From Microthyrium microscopicum (lineage: Eukaryota): 64,000 nucleotides of DNA. A model generated the notes under the pieces. That model was not told the DNA's origin. It worked only from the letters and a program-made list of their open reading frames with translations, and did not search any database. The stretch lies in the NCBI GenBank assembly GCA_010405405.1, contig MU004240.1, positions 960,882 through 1,024,881 of the forward strand, written 5' to 3'. The position numbers were made by a program, and so were the translations under genes. Of this stretch, positions 26,501-40,864 are shown piece after piece (within the stretch, counting starts at the first letter, position 1; every line of letters starts with the position of its first letter).

Positions 26501-26688
26501 GCTATGGGATGATTAAGAATGTCAAGGTGCGGTTTGCGAGCACGGTGATTCCGGGGGAGACGTTGGTGACGGAGATGTGGAAGGTGGGTGGGAAGGTGCT
26601 GTTTCAGGTTAAAGTCAAGGAGACGGGCAAGATTTGCATTGCTAGTGGCGGTGCGGAATTGCTTGATGGGGGAAAGACGAAGTTGTAG
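23537..26688 (+). CDS. FOX2: Peroxisomal multifunctional beta-oxidation protein (2 SDR dehydrogenase domains + hydratase-2)
   Basis: TGAGGGLG and TGSGAG-IG Rossmann motifs, NNAGILRD twice, GQxNYSAAK twice, hydratase motif [14 protein letters not shown]...LHGLC, C-terminal -TKL PTS1. Confidence 0.98.
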
Positions 26689-27861
26689 ATGGTTGTGACA
26701 GATGTTGGATATGCGGTGTGGTATGTGTAAAAGTGGAGGGAATTGGGGATGACTGTTTGGATATAGAGGGGTTGTTATGTACTGGTGTATGGTTTTAGTG
26801 ATTTGGAGTTATGGGATTAGTGTTAGTAAATTTGAGAACTTTCTCCATACTATGAGTTTCATACCTGCTGAAATCCGACTTTGAGTATAATTATACCTAC
26901 CTTCTTGCTCTTGGAGCCCTCGAGATGCGTTCAAATCTGTTTTCATTGACACCAATGTATTGTATTTTGATATGCTCCCTTTCATTAAGTTATATGTTAG
27001 TAGAGTAGTTTAGTAACCATGCGTGATTTTTTAATCCTATTTGCCGCCCGACTTGGTACATGATGGCATTATACATAGGTGCATTGGACGATAGCTCTTG
27101 ATACCTCTAGCTTCCTGCATCTGTTAGATCTACATCAAAGAGCTCCTTCCAGGAGCTACCACGTCATGTCCACTTTCTCTCCCAAATATCCTTACTAGCA
27201 AATCTGGGCTATACTGATACATGATAGAAAAATTAGCTGATCAAGATAAAAATGGGGAGCTTCCAAAGACCCTAAAGCTTTCGAAAGTGAGCAAAATGAT
27301 TTCAACCAGAAGAAATCTCTTCTCATGATCAGATTATGTGGTGAGAGAAAATTTGCAGCTCAGTTTATCACTCAGAATTTTAATCGCTCTCTGCTCAATA
27401 TCGACAACTGACAAGGCTGAAACCTTCCTTATCTTCCCCACTCTATCGAAATCTCTACGCCCCATTGGTAGCGGGGAAAGAGCGAGGGGTGATGGAGGAA
27501 GCTAAGAAGCTTCAAACGTGGGAGAGCTCGGGCCTGCATTGCCAATTGAACTACGGTGAACATCTCGACAAGACACTACTTAGGTACCACTGATCCGACG
27601 ACAGGACCTTGGGCCTATATCTATCGCTCCTTTCACTTCTTCACCTACTGATTCCCTTACGATTCTTACCCATTTCACCTTGTCGCCCTATCAGCTCCTT
27701 TAACAACACCTCGTGGTCTATATCACCATTCACCATACCATCGTACCACTATTCCAAGACAACCATCGAACCACCAAAGCCCTCTGTACTCCCTCTCCCA
27801 TACAACCAGCACCAAATCCACCGATCGAACACCCTCCAAACTCTTCATGCCTCCCACAAAC

Positions 27862-30527
27862 ATGTCGAACGAAGAAGTCCCTCCCCCTCTCCCCGAGAAA
27901 AAGCGCCGCATCGCTGTCCTCACAAGCGGCGGTGATGCGCCAGGCATGAATGGCGCTGTCCGCGCTGTCGTCCGTATGGCTATTGCCAAGTGAGCAGCAC
28001 TCCCAAGCTTCACAAACCTTTTCTGATAACGTATAACAGAGGCTGCGAAGCATTTTTTGTACACGAAGGCTACGAAGGCCTAGTCAACGGCGGCGACATG
28101 ATAAAGCAAGCAGACTGGGAAGACGTCCGCGGATTCCTGCCAGAAGGTGGCACATTGATTGGTTCTGCGCGCTGTATGTCCTTCCGAGAACGCTGGGGAC
28201 GGTTATCAGCGGCGAAGAATATGGTACGTATACCATGTATATATGTGAATAAATGGTTGCTGATACGAAGACTAGGTGCTGAACGGTATTGATGCGCTCA
28301 TCGTATGTGGTGGAGACGGCAGCTTGACGGGTGCAGACTTGTTCCGCAAGGAGTGGCCGGGTCTGCTAGAAGAGCTGGTCGGAAAGGGCGAATTGACAAC
28401 CGAGCAGATTACACCATTCAAATCGCTAAATATCGTGGGATTGGTCGGCTCGATTGACAATGATATGTCGGCGACGGATGCGACGATTGGGTGTTATTCG
28501 TCGCTGCATCGCATTTGTGGATGTGTGGACTCGATTAACGATACGGCTCAGTCCCATCAGCGAGCATTCATTGTTGAAGTCATGGGCCGTCATTGTGGAT
28601 GGTTGGCTTTGATGTCGGCCATTTCAACCGGTGCTGATTTCTTGTTTATACCAGAGAGCCCTCCCAGTAGAGATTGGCGGATAGATATGAGTACTATCAT
28701 AACGAAGGTGAGTTGGTTGTACTTCTGATTGTTCATTTGCTAATCATTGTAGCATCGGAAAATGGGCAAGCGAACAACGCTAGTAATCATCGCTGAAGGA
28801 GCCATTGACCAAGACCTGAAAAAGGTCACTCCTGGTGAGATCAAGGATCTGCTCTCGAACGAACTCAAACTTGACACTCGAGTCACTACTCTTGGCCACA
28901 TCCAAAGAGGTGGTGCACCCTGCGCCTATGATCGATTGCTTAGTACGCTACAAGGAGCAGAGGCTGTCAATGCTGTTCTGGAAGCTAAAGAAGGAACCCC
29001 AAGCCCAGTCATATCCGTAATCGAGAACAAGATAGTACGACAACCATTGATGGAAGCCGTTCGTTTGACGCAGCTTGTTCCAGCCGCCATCGAACACAAG
29101 GATTTTGCTCGAGCCATGGAGCTGAGAGATGCAGAGTTTTCGGAATATTTTAACGCCTATAGGATTACTGGCGCTGCAGAGTTACCAGAGCTACTTCTTC
29201 CAGAGAACAAGCGTATGCGAATAGGTATAATTCATGTCGGTGCACCTGCTGGGTAAGTAAAATTCCTCTTTGGCTGAACAATGACTGATCTGAGACAGTG
29301 GAATGAATGCCGCATCGAGAGCAGCAATTGCTTATTGCTTCAGTCGTGGACATACACCAGTCGCATTATATAATGGTTTCAGTGGTCTTATTCGACATCA
29401 TTCAGATAAACCACAAGGCTCTGTTCGAGACATATCCTGGCTCGAAGCTGATTCTTGGGTGAGCAAAGGAGGCTCTGAGATCGGAACGTAAGAATAGACC
29501 CATGATTTCGACCTTCTCAGCACTGACTATCAAAAGCAACCGTACCCTTCCCTCAGAGAACATGGCAGAAGTCTCATTAGCCTTTGAACGATACAATATC
29601 CAAGCTCTTTTCTGCATCGGCGGCTTCGAGGCCTTCCACGCTGTCAGCGAACTCCGCAAAGCCCGCAAAGAATTTCCACCAGTCTCGATCCCTATCGTCG
29701 TCCTCCCCGCCACCGTCAGCAACAATGTCCCCGGCACTGAATACTCCCTAGGCAGCGACACGTGTCTCAACGCGCTGATAGAGTACTGCGATACCTGTCG
29801 CCAATCCGCCTCCGCCTCGCGTCGCCGTGTGTTTGTGATTGAGACACAAGGCGGAGAATCTGGCTATGTTGCCGTTATTGCTGGCATCTCAGTCGGCGCT
29901 CTCGCTGTGTATACGCCAGAAGAAGGCATCAATATCAAAATGCTTGATAGTGATATTGATGCGCTACGCGAAACATTCAAGCGGGATCGCGGACAAAATC
30001 GTGCAGGTAAATGCGCCCCTCCTCACCAACCAACACCTAGAGTGTGGAACTAATCTTGTTTCCTAGGCAAAATCATCCTCCGCAACGAAAAAGCCTCCTC
30101 CGTATACACAACCCAAGTCATCGCCGACATCCTCAGCGTCGAAGGCAAAACCCGTGAAGGCAAAGTCCAATTCGAAGCTCGCGTCGGCATCCCCGGCCAC
30201 TTCCAACAAGGCAAAGAACCCTCCCCCATGGACCGCGTCCGTGCCGTCCGATTCGCCGTACGCTCGCTCCAACATCTCGAGTCCTTTGCAGGCTGGAGCC
30301 GCGAAGAAATCGCAAACGATCCTACAACTGTCAGCGTCATTGGCATTCGCGGCGCCAAAGTACAGTTCAGCGCTATGGAGACGGTAGAGAATGAGGAGAC
30401 GGACTGGAAACATCGGAGACCTAAGGCTGAGTACTGGCGTGGTTTGACTGGCTTGGGCGATATTTTGGCGGGAAGACCGAGACGGACTGCGCCTGATGAT
30501 CAGGAGATTGGGATTTTGCCAATTTAG
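27862..30527 (+). CDS. pfkA: ATP-dependent 6-phosphofructokinase
   Basis: [54 protein letters not shown], and a duplicated regulatory half ([15 protein letters not shown]). Confidence 0.97.
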
Positions 30528-30862
30528 TGAATATAGAAAAGGGGGAATTTGTAGATAGGGTGGGGTTAGAGGGTAGTAGAGGTTGCTAGAGACGACGTTA
30601 TGTGTTATGTCATGGCTGGTAGAATGACTTTTTTGTGCATAGGTTTTGTGAATTCCATTTCATGGTCTATCGTCTGTCTATGTTTCGTCGTGAATCGTCC
30701 TTGACCACCCCTGGTTCTAGTCTGTAGTTCTGAACATCTTATCCCCATTTTCGTAGAGCTTTACATTTCAAGCATGCATCATCACCGGTCGTCTGCTATC
30801 TTCATTTAAGGTCCAAAACCTAGCATGCTTCCTCTTTGTCTTCTATTACAGCACATCCATCA

Positions 30863-32676
30863 TCAGTAGCCCGACGGCTCTGGCTTCTCGGGAAACGCCG
30901 TCTTGCCCATATTCTCTTTACACTGCTGCTTCCAATCCCGCGGCGTGTACTTGTCCACAATAGCCTTAAATGCTTCCTATAACCAAAATTAGCCGCCGTC
31001 TGACACCACTCCATCAAGAACGCTCCGTTTGTCAACTTACCAGCGTACAAAAGCTCTCATCGCCCTCCAAATGCTTTCCAGCCGCCTTGCACCCCGGGAC
31101 CGTAACAACAGCATCATTGTACCTTAACCGCACATAATACCCATCCAATCGCTCTCGCTGCACACTGTTCAATTCGTCCATCGGTTTACGGCCAATCTCA
31201 GACTTATCCGCCATAGGATTCACCCAATGGAACCACCCACCACCACTCTTCTTCGCAGCCAAACCATCCATATCCTTTCGAAACAGCTCAATAGCCACAT
31301 GACTCGTAAAAGGCGGCCACTTGGTCCCCTTGAACGCTCCTAAAGAGCTCAGAAGGCCAGCAAGCGTCGTATCATGACACCCACTCATACTGAACCTCAC
31401 CACCCCCTTCCCCTCAGCGCGCTGTACCATTCGACCTACAATATCAGCCGCTAGACTTCCTATGCCCAGCATGCGATATTCGCGGTTCTCTTGATATCCA
31501 CTATACCACTCCTCTACATTAACACGCTCCAGCGTATCGCGTAATTGGGGGTCGTAGAATTCGCTGGGGAGACGGGTGAGTGGGCCGTGGGCGAGGGTTG
31601 CGTTGACGGTGTCCAGGATGCCACTAAGACGCGGTTTACCATCCACGCGCACATCACCCTCTACATATTTACCGATGAGTTTCGTCGCGTGCTGCAGCGC
31701 AGGAGAGGTATTATGGCGATCGGCGGTCCGTTGGCCGAAGGCGCGGGCTAGGGCGTTTAGACGGCGGCAGACTACTTCGTTGGGGAAGAGGGTTTCGTCG
31801 CCTGGGGATCTTAAGATTATGGCGGGAGGAGGGAGGGTGCTGGGCCGGGTGCGTGGTGGGTAGAGACCGATGAAGGCTTGTTGGAGGGATTCGAGGGCTC
31901 GGGGGATGGGTGTTGCGCGGAGGTATAGGGAGTCCAGGACGGTGGGGGTTAGGTCAGAGGGGAGGAAGGAGAGTTGCTGAATGTAGAGGTTGCGGAGTCG
32001 TTGGCCGAGGGCGAGGGTGGTTTGACGGCCTAGGTCGGTGAGTTCGCCGGGCTGGCACATGGAGTTGGGGTCGCCGGTGGGAGACGTTGCGAGGGTGGGC
32101 GCGTCGTCGCTGTCGGAGAAGCGCTCGAGATGGCGCTGCCATTGGAGATTGTCCCATGAGGAGGATGCTGGGTCGGTGGTGGCTAGGACGGTGCTGGTAA
32201 AGCGGCTGGATGCTTTGCAGTACGGCCAGTCTGTGATGGTGCTGTTTAGCCACTAACTATTTGGATGGTTTGACGAACTTACAAGCGGGTAGACCGGCCT
32301 GAGATATGTCAGTATGTCACTTTGAAAGACTTTAAACTTGACTCACATTCTGAAATCTAGGTGCTACGGGAGTTCGTTCGCCTTTTCTTGTGTTAGTGTG
32401 CGACCGGACAAACGGCAGAAGTCAAAATCATATTCTATGCGGGATGAATATCTTGCATACCATGACGGAGTAGCTGGCTTCATGTTAGCAATAGTAACTC
32501 AATCCATGGAACAAAATGGAGACGGAAGCGAGTAAATATAGGAAGGGACGCAAGGCTGAAACACTATAAGGCTGGGTGCTACTTACAATCTGTACCAGCT
32601 GGAGTTGCAAACCCTTTGGATAGAGCTTACCGAGCTCCTCCTCAGAGTATGGCTCGCGGGGAACAAGTGTGGTCAT
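30863..32676 (-). CDS. Histidine acid phosphatase (clade 2)
   Basis: RHGERTP assembled from micro-exons 32473-32461, 32381-32347 and 32298-32283. GELTDLG, RATPIPRALES, CHDTT. Last exon ends ...PEKPEPSGY* at 30863. Confidence 0.92.
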
Positions 32677-33163
32677 TATGAACTCAAGGAGCTTCAAGTG
32701 CCGATCGCCGTTTGATTTGGCAGAGTTGCAGTGAGAAGAAGCGAAGGGTGGAAAAAGTGAGAGGAGAGAAGTTGGATCGCGTCAGGGAGGCTAAATAAAG
32801 TAGCTTTGCTACTAGCTTTTGATTGGTCAATATTTGATGCGTGGCGCGCTAGGATTTTAAGCCTAATGGCTGTCTATCAGGCTACAATCGTGGAGGCTGG
32901 TGGTAAGTTACCTAAGGTAAGTCTAGCAGTATCTGAGCAGTTTCCTATGTGTGTCAATTAAGTGAAATATCAAACATAACTGCCAAAGAACGTGGCTCAT
33001 TCACTGCTGAGGCTACCTGTTAAGTGTTCATCCACAAAGACACCAGAGTCTTTAGAGGTAAGCAAAGCCAGGCATCATTACCAAGGAACATATTGCCAAA
33101 AGTGAACGGGCCAATCTTTGTAAGTTTAAATTCATATGGGAAGTTTTGGCTGAAGGCACCAGA

Positions 33164-35175
33164 CTAAATAATCGCAAAGGTCTCTTCGATGGATTTTGGG
33201 ATCTTTGGGAACGAATATTCGACATCCAGCATGACATGGCCTATCCTGATGAAGCACTTGGTTCCTGTTGCGACACGAGCGCGTGCAATCCAATCTGCGT
33301 CTTTGGCTGGGCTTGCCAATCTAAGAATAAGTCCTGTCAAGTAGATTTCGCGCCATAGGTAAAAGGGTAGAAAGTATATGTGATCTTTCAAGGACATCTC
33401 TTCAATCTCAGATGGTACATCTGAATCCAAGTCGGCATCCCACGACATGTCATTGGAGCCTGATTGATCAGGTCGGGCCATAGCCATGCGATATCTATTG
33501 GGTTTGTCATCCAACTCCATGTTCTTCAATGCCATTTCTATAAGCTGTCCTCGAAGCAGAACAAATCCGCCTGAGACCAAACCAGTCGGGTCATCTGTAC
33601 TCAGATGACAACAAACGTCATTAAATTGCACCAAGGGCTCTTCGATAGTTTCCAGTGGGTAGTAGATCCAAGTACTGTCCAAGCTGTTCGTTAAGTCGAT
33701 AGACGCCCATGTAAAGGATGGTGGACATGAGCGGCCGTCTTGTGATGGTTCCACTCTTTGCCTCGCTCCATTACCCTTTACACTCCACAGAAGATCATTT
33801 GGCATACGTTGACGCCATAACCCAGCACAGTATCCCAAATCTTGCCGATTAATGAAGAACTTTGCTATGCTAGAAAGTGCTGGTAGCCGGTCCTCGGAGT
33901 ATGTAAGGCCCAAAGACCCATATTCGCGCACAATCGTGTTCCAGTTGTTCAGAAAGCCATATGGAGAAACATCTGCGATGCCTTGTATGTAATCGTAGAT
34001 CGCAGACTTGTCGCGATATCTGGTTGCATTTCTGCATTCACACGATTGGCCTTCTCGACATTCCCACACTAGCTCCTCGCGTGTAAAATGTATGGTTCTT
34101 CGAGAGAGCAGTAGTTCCTGGTAGACCCAAGCCCGCCGGAATAGTGGAAGATGGCGGGCACTCCGTTCCATAGACCAGATATCGCTGTGATCAATGGCCT
34201 CTTGAACGTGAATCTTGTATTCTTGTCCATCCATTACTCCGCTAATGGGCTCGGAGCGAGGTCGTGGGAAAAACAGGCCCTGACTGCTGTCACTGGCACC
34301 ACTAGCCGCGATTGTGAGATATGCTGATTCAAAAAGTCTACCCATGGCCGCAGATTCTTGTGCCCAGTCGTCAATATCATCTTGCAGGATGCAGAGTGAA
34401 TCGATCCAGATATGACGCAGGCCCAGTTTCTCAGTGACTCCCACAGCATCCTGAAAGGTTTTGCCAAGCTCATTCCAAGGTATACGACGTTTGTGCTGTC
34501 CTATGTTTAGCGTTGTAGTCTTGAGAGTGAGTACGTGGCCCCAGCAATGACTAAGTGCGACATAAGGAATACAACGAGTAAACCAACCAGCCTTAGGTTC
34601 GACTAAATTTACAAGCAGTCCCTTAAGCCCATGAGATATCTGTATCAGCCTGGATGGGACATATGTTGGCAAATCTGTTGCTCGACCACGGCATTTCTCG
34701 TGTTCTGAGAGACATATTTTGAGTTTGTTCTTCAAGAAAGCTATATCTGCAGCGAAACAGGGTCGTTCGTTCAGTATTGGTCTTGACGTGATACCTTCCC
34801 AGGGACTACTTTCGCCTCATGGCCATGTCAGTACAAGTCTCAGAATCCAGTAGTGAGCATATATCAACCTTCACTGACTGCAAAGTATAGTAGTTTCTTC
34901 ACACCGTCTTTAGTCGTAAAGGACACTTCTAATTGTGGCTCTTCTTTTCTGATTGACTTGTAAACGACCCAGAATAAGGCAAATTCATCATCAGCACCAA
35001 ATCTCTTACACCCTTCATAAATAACCCGACAGGATTGACAACCTGATTCTGATTTCCTACGAAGGTCGTGATTGAATACATGGAACAAGAGCTCAACATG
35101 CTTCAGGTTAGACGAATCAAAGGGGTCGACTGCAGGCTCTGGGCGAAGGTCTTTGCACACATAACAATCATCCAT
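33164..35175 (-). CDS. HET (heterokaryon incompatibility) domain protein
   Basis: PSRLI...YVALSHCWG, KTFQDAV...LGLRHIWIDSLCILQDD..DW..ES, YLTIAA, RAWVYQE, LVWEC, DRLPALS, PSFTWAS. N-terminal CxxC exon at 34864-35175. Confidence 0.95.
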
Positions 35176-37869
35176 GATAAGTCCTGCGGCTAATGGACGA
35201 CCTAGTCCTGCCCCAGGCTTCAGATTTCAAGACTCGATAACAGAAAAGTAGAGGTCTATCTTGAACATCCTTTAATCTTTTCAGCTCACAGCGGTGAACA
35301 ATTCGAGGTCGTCGTTGTTCGGATAAATGGGCCTAATCCGGTTAATGAAAAGCCTCACTTCCGGATTGGTTTGACACTGCCCCTTTCCTGCCCTCAAACT
35401 TGGAAAATGTTTAACAAGTCGGTACAGCGATGATAATCTCTGTTTTCCATTTCAATCCCATATGCGTAAAAGGTTAAACTTGCTAGACCACAAAACTCGA
35501 GAGCTTTGCAGCTTCAGACTAATTCAAAGAGGGTCGGCTTTGTAGACATGAAGCTTTTATGTCAGACTACCTGTGACAAGATCTACGTGCCACGAGGAGA
35601 TATCTATCTCATCTGCCCTTGTATCAGCCACCATGCTATACATCGTATCGGCATAGGACCACGGGACGGTACTTCTTGGCCGACGATTCAAATTAATTCG
35701 ACGACGTCTATTTCTACACCTCTGGAGACAGCTTCCTGCATGCTGTAATGCAAAGAGCATGCCAAGGCACAGCTCTCGAAACCTTGTCTACAACTGCTCT
35801 CATCGAAAAGAGAACAAAACAAGAGAACAAAAATAAATGCTGCTACCCACGCCCCCAGCTGCATTATTGACATCTGTTGCCTTATCAAAGTGCTCAGTCA
35901 TTGTACCTCGCCATTTCGGCAAGCACTCCAGTTTTTGTTACTAAAGTCTCATCAGAGCCTGCATCTCAGTCATCCTTCCATTAGATTTGAACAGGAACCG
36001 GATGTTCTCAAAGTAGATCGTCCCTATTTCGAAAACTGCAGAGTCTGGACTGGCAGGACTGGATACTGTATCAGACATTATTGGTAGAACACATCCCGTT
36101 GGATGATCTTTACCTCACCATCCTGGCTCGTGAGGCAAACAACAACCTTTAAAATCAGTCCCCGCGTGAATCCGGGATGGAGCTCAGTGTGGTTCGACTT
36201 CCAGAAGTCAGACACTAGAACCGGCAACGAACAAGACTGGCCATTTCTTACTCCAACGGCAGTTTACTTATCATGCATTCCAGACTGTGGTTTGATACAG
36301 CAACAGCGAAAGAACTAGTAGTGAGACTAAACATGGTGATCAGGGTCAACTTGGAAGTAGCCACTGTTCTGGATCCCGACACTTTGGGCACAAGTCTTCA
36401 ATTCAAGGCAAGTGTTTTAGACCTGTTCAAGATCAGCATGGAAATAGCCCTTCTAGGTGAGTTCCCCAAAGATAACGACTGCAAGTTGCAGCATGTTGAC
36501 TATTTCTCAGCTCATATGACCTTGAGTGTTTCTCTTTTCTGCATGATGTTGCTGGGATGCCAATTCCCAGAGAGTTCCAGTCCCATGGTTATTCTCCATA
36601 GGCAGGTTTAACATGTGCTTCGCTCGAGGTTGTAGACATCTCTGCATGACATCCTGAGCGACTATGGCTGCTCTTTGAATCACGGTATCAAAAGTCACAG
36701 TATCAAAACGCTGTCATCGAAAGGTTAGATACTGGTCAATATGCATCTTCAAACAATACAGTTATGTTTTGTGTTCAGAATTGCAAAAGCTCTTTCCTTG
36801 ATGCTTTTTTCCCATGCTCTGTGTCGAAATGTTGAACCATCAGCAACACGATCTCCTTGTGTGCTCCGAAATATATTGATCTTATTGATAGCAGCAGTGT
36901 ACCGATGACTTACCTTTCGATCATTTCCAAAGCATTAGAGATATAATGGGGCATCTCCTGGAAAGAACTGCGCTTCTATGCTTTTGATTGACGTTGAGTA
37001 TCAGGGGCCTATATGCGAGTTCTTCCTAGTCTCTGCGACGCTTTCAGTCGATTACTTGCCATTCTAAACTCTAGTTCTTAGGTCCGTATCAACATTTGAT
37101 AGATTCTTCTAACAATTCGTGCCCCATCTGTGTTCCATACATCTTAATCATAATCCAACCTCAGACATTCTCACCACATTTCGGAGTATAACGACATCCG
37201 ATACACAGTAGAATTCCATCAGCATAGAAGAAAATAGCTCGAAACTAGGCGAAAGACCCTGGTATCGGGAATATGCGAACATGATTTTTAGTGCTAGCAC
37301 TGCTAGTTTGCTGACAAAGTCCATCGAATCGTGCAGTCGGCATTTCCCGATGAAATGATAAGCAAAGTCCCATCTCAAGTCCGACCGGCTGATTCCCTAT
37401 TATTCTGCAAGTGCAGCTGCGAAATCTAGTACCAACAACAGATAACTTTGATAAGTACATGCAGGTAATCCATATCCACAACTCCGAAAATTGGGTTGCA
37501 TGAGGTTGTCTTGAACGCCACATAGTCAAAATATCTCACTACCAAGATGTCCTCGACGGGAGCTGGATTCGGCTTGGGCCGTTTCCCAGTTACCTGTCTA
37601 TCAATTCTACTTGCAGATGGTGCGTATCTTGCCGCATGAGGGGTTCACCACCTATCATGAAGACGGATGTATCCTCCATATCTCTCTCTCCCGACGGTGG
37701 CATGAAAGTAGTGTTCAACCAATATATAAATGCCCAATCCGCTACCATAACCATCCCTCCAGCTGATCATCACATTCATCTACCTCACAATAACTTCTAA
37801 CCTCAAAGGTTTCGATTGGATCTCCTTCAAGCATTCAAGTCTTCAAATCCTCTCATAAAATTTATCACA

Positions 37870-39441
37870 ATGTCTTCCAGTCCAGATATGGAGAAGAAGT
37901 CTCCCATGGACATTAGTTACGCCATTAAAGATGAGACCTCTGAGATTGGCTCCAGCAATCAAATGATATACATCGATCCTGAAAAGGAGAAGGCTGCATT
38001 CAAGAAGTTTGATCGATATGTGGTCCCTGTCTCCTTCGTCTTCATGCTCCTCTGCGCCTTAGATCGCAATAATGTAAGTCCAATATTGTACCTGCAAGTT
38101 CTCATAACTGATACGATTCTATAGCTTGGCAATGCCCGTGTCTTTGGTTTTGACCAAGATTTAGGCCTCAAAAGCGGTCAATTCGGCAACATCAACACCT
38201 TCTCTGCTCTTACTACTATGCTGTTCGAAGTTCCATGGGTCTTAGCTGTCAAACGATTTGGAGCGAACTACACTCTTGGAGCTGCATTTCTCATCTGGAG
38301 CGCTTCTACTCTAGGCACGGCTTTCGTTCAAAACTATGGTCAAGCTGTCGTTTGCCGTATGCTCGTCAACGCAGCTGGTGGCGGTCTTGAACAATGTTTC
38401 GCATATCTCTTCTCTACGATATACCCCCGGAAAGACATAGGAAAAAGAATCATCACAAACAATTTGGCCATGGTTCTCTCTGGTGCATTTGGAGGTCTTT
38501 TCGCGTGGGCAATTCAGCAAATGGGAGAAAAAGGCGGCCTCGCCGCATGGAGATGGCTATTCATCATCGAATTCTGCATTACAGTCGTCGTTGGTTTAAC
38601 TTGCTGGGTTTTCCTTCCTCATACCGCCGAGACCGCTTGGTTCCTGAATGCCGAAGAGAAAGAAACCATGCGCCTACGCAAAGAACGCGACATTCTATTC
38701 CGAGGAGATGCCAAATTCGACAAGAAATGGATCAAAGCTGCCCTTCTCGACCCATTTGTCTGGCTCATTGGTACTGCGTTTTTCACATCTTCTGTCGCCA
38801 TCAATGGCTTCAACGTCTTCTTGCCAACTATTCTTCAAGGTCTTGGGTAAGCTTACTTTCGCTCTGGCCCTGAAAACGTTATGCTAATGATCTCCAGATT
38901 CGCAGATCTTCGTGTCAACTACATGACCATCCCAGTCTACCTCGTTGGAGCCGTCTCACTTGTTACCGTTGTATACCTCTCCGATAAATTCCAAAAGCGT
39001 GGACTTTGCATCATGGCATGCCTCGTACCTGTCATCATCGGATACATCATTGCCGTCGCAACTCCCAACCAACACGCTGGCTACGCCGCCATGTTCATCC
39101 TCGTGCTTGGAATTTACCCTACCTCCACGCTTGCCGTCACATGGACCGCTGGAACACTAGCTCCCGATGACAAGCGTGCCTTTGGTATGCCTCTCGCCGA
39201 TTCCATCGGTAACCTCTCCAACTTTGTATCGTCGCAACTTTACCCCACTGCACAAGGTCCACGATATGTCCAAGGTAACGGAGTTTCTGCCGGGCTTACT
39301 GTTGTTGCATCTTTCTTGTACGGTTCATGTTGGTTCTTGCTACGAAGCAGAAATCAGAAGAAAGAGAAGCTCATCGCTGAAGGAGCCACAACGAACGGTC
39401 TCGAGGGAGATCTGGCTCTTGATCACAAGTACATTCTATAA
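37870..39441 (+). CDS. MFS transporter, anion:cation symporter (Dal5/Tna1-like) family
   Basis: LDRNN-LGNARVFG, SGAFGGLFAWAI, WRWLFIIE, PTILQGLG, GPRY. Two introns. Confidence 0.93.
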
Positions 39442-40864
39442 ACTTGGATAAAATTGGGTGGTTATGATAGTTGGGGCTTTACCTCCTTTGATGCTTATGT
39501 CGATAAAATTACGAATCTCGGCGTTGGATGCTCGCATTATATACACACTTTGATAGAATCCATTTGATCTCACTCCGTTATATTCCCGGCTTCTGAATTT
39601 CAGGACACAATGAATTTTGACCATTCTGGAAGTACCAAAAATCCTCAAAGACACAGGTGCAATTCTGGATGATGCACACGAGCCGAGTTGAAGTCGAGTG
39701 GACCCGTTTGTCAATGTAGAGTAATGCCTCCTAAAGGAGCTCGGGCAAAACTTTGAGCACAAGATCTCTCAGTGCTTTTGGTCTTCATTGCGGCTATGCC
39801 CATGAATCGGGGCCAAGGTTTTCCCACCAGAACGCTTCTCACACTGTCATATCTTACCTTCCGTCCTTCTTGCTCTGTCCATGTTTATCCAATGGTTAAA
39901 TCCATGTTCAAGAGCCGCCACTCCAGCTGCCCCCTCCTCGCTCTCCTATATAAATTTGCACCGATCGCGGTGTTCCTTTGTTTCCTCGCTGATTCAATTC
40001 TCTACTAGCAGAAAAGCGGTCAAAGGAGACTTAGTCCTGACTCCTGGCGTTTTTACTCTTATTCTACCTGTCAAACATAGAAGAAAGATACAAAAGATTG
40101 GAACAAGACATATTTCAAGATTCACACAGAACAGGTTGTCAGGTCACGGGCACAAGTTGGCAAAATGAGGTTAGTCTTTGAGATGAATGTGCCCCTGCCC
40201 CCTGCGGATATGTTGGACATTAGATGCATTGTTCACAAGCTAATAATTAAGGTAGTACTCACTGCTTGGATGTAATCCTGTGATATGTTTGCCTGTAATT
40301 GACATCTTTGCTTCTTCTATCTACTAGGGAGTCTCGCTGGTAGCCTTGGAGCATGGGAGTTCTACTTTTTTCCGCGATAACCTGGTGGTGGCTTTTGTTT
40401 CTGAAGCGGTACGGTACGTTCCTCCCGCAGCGGGTCGTGCCGCGTTTAGCGCCGGGAACAACTCTAATTGCTTTGGAAACATCCACAATCTAAATGCTTG
40501 AAGGCTTTTCTCGTCCAGCCAGCTATTTTCAACCTCACGTGGCCATTAGGTTGGTAGTGATCGATAGAAGGTGTACCGATTGACAGGGCAATTTAAATCG
40601 AAATTGGGTAAGCAAGAGACGAAATGCGACGTAAGAAACCCACTTTTTGACAGCCTGCGTGGGAATATTTCCTCGTTATAAAAGGACCAAGGGTATGACA
40701 TGCTGATTACTGATTAGGAAACTTGATAATAAAACGTCGAGATCGAAGACACTAGGTTGGGATCAAAAAGTAGAAAATGAGCAAGAAATTATGCGAAGCA
40801 ATTCAATTTGAACATAGATAAGTAAGATGTAAGGGAATTCTGAGCTAGAGGGCTTTGCAGCACA

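Noticed and set aside
35400..37600. Scattered 60-112 aa ORFs between the HET and MFS genes
   Set aside because: No recognisable domain. Consistent with intergenic or long-decayed sequence.
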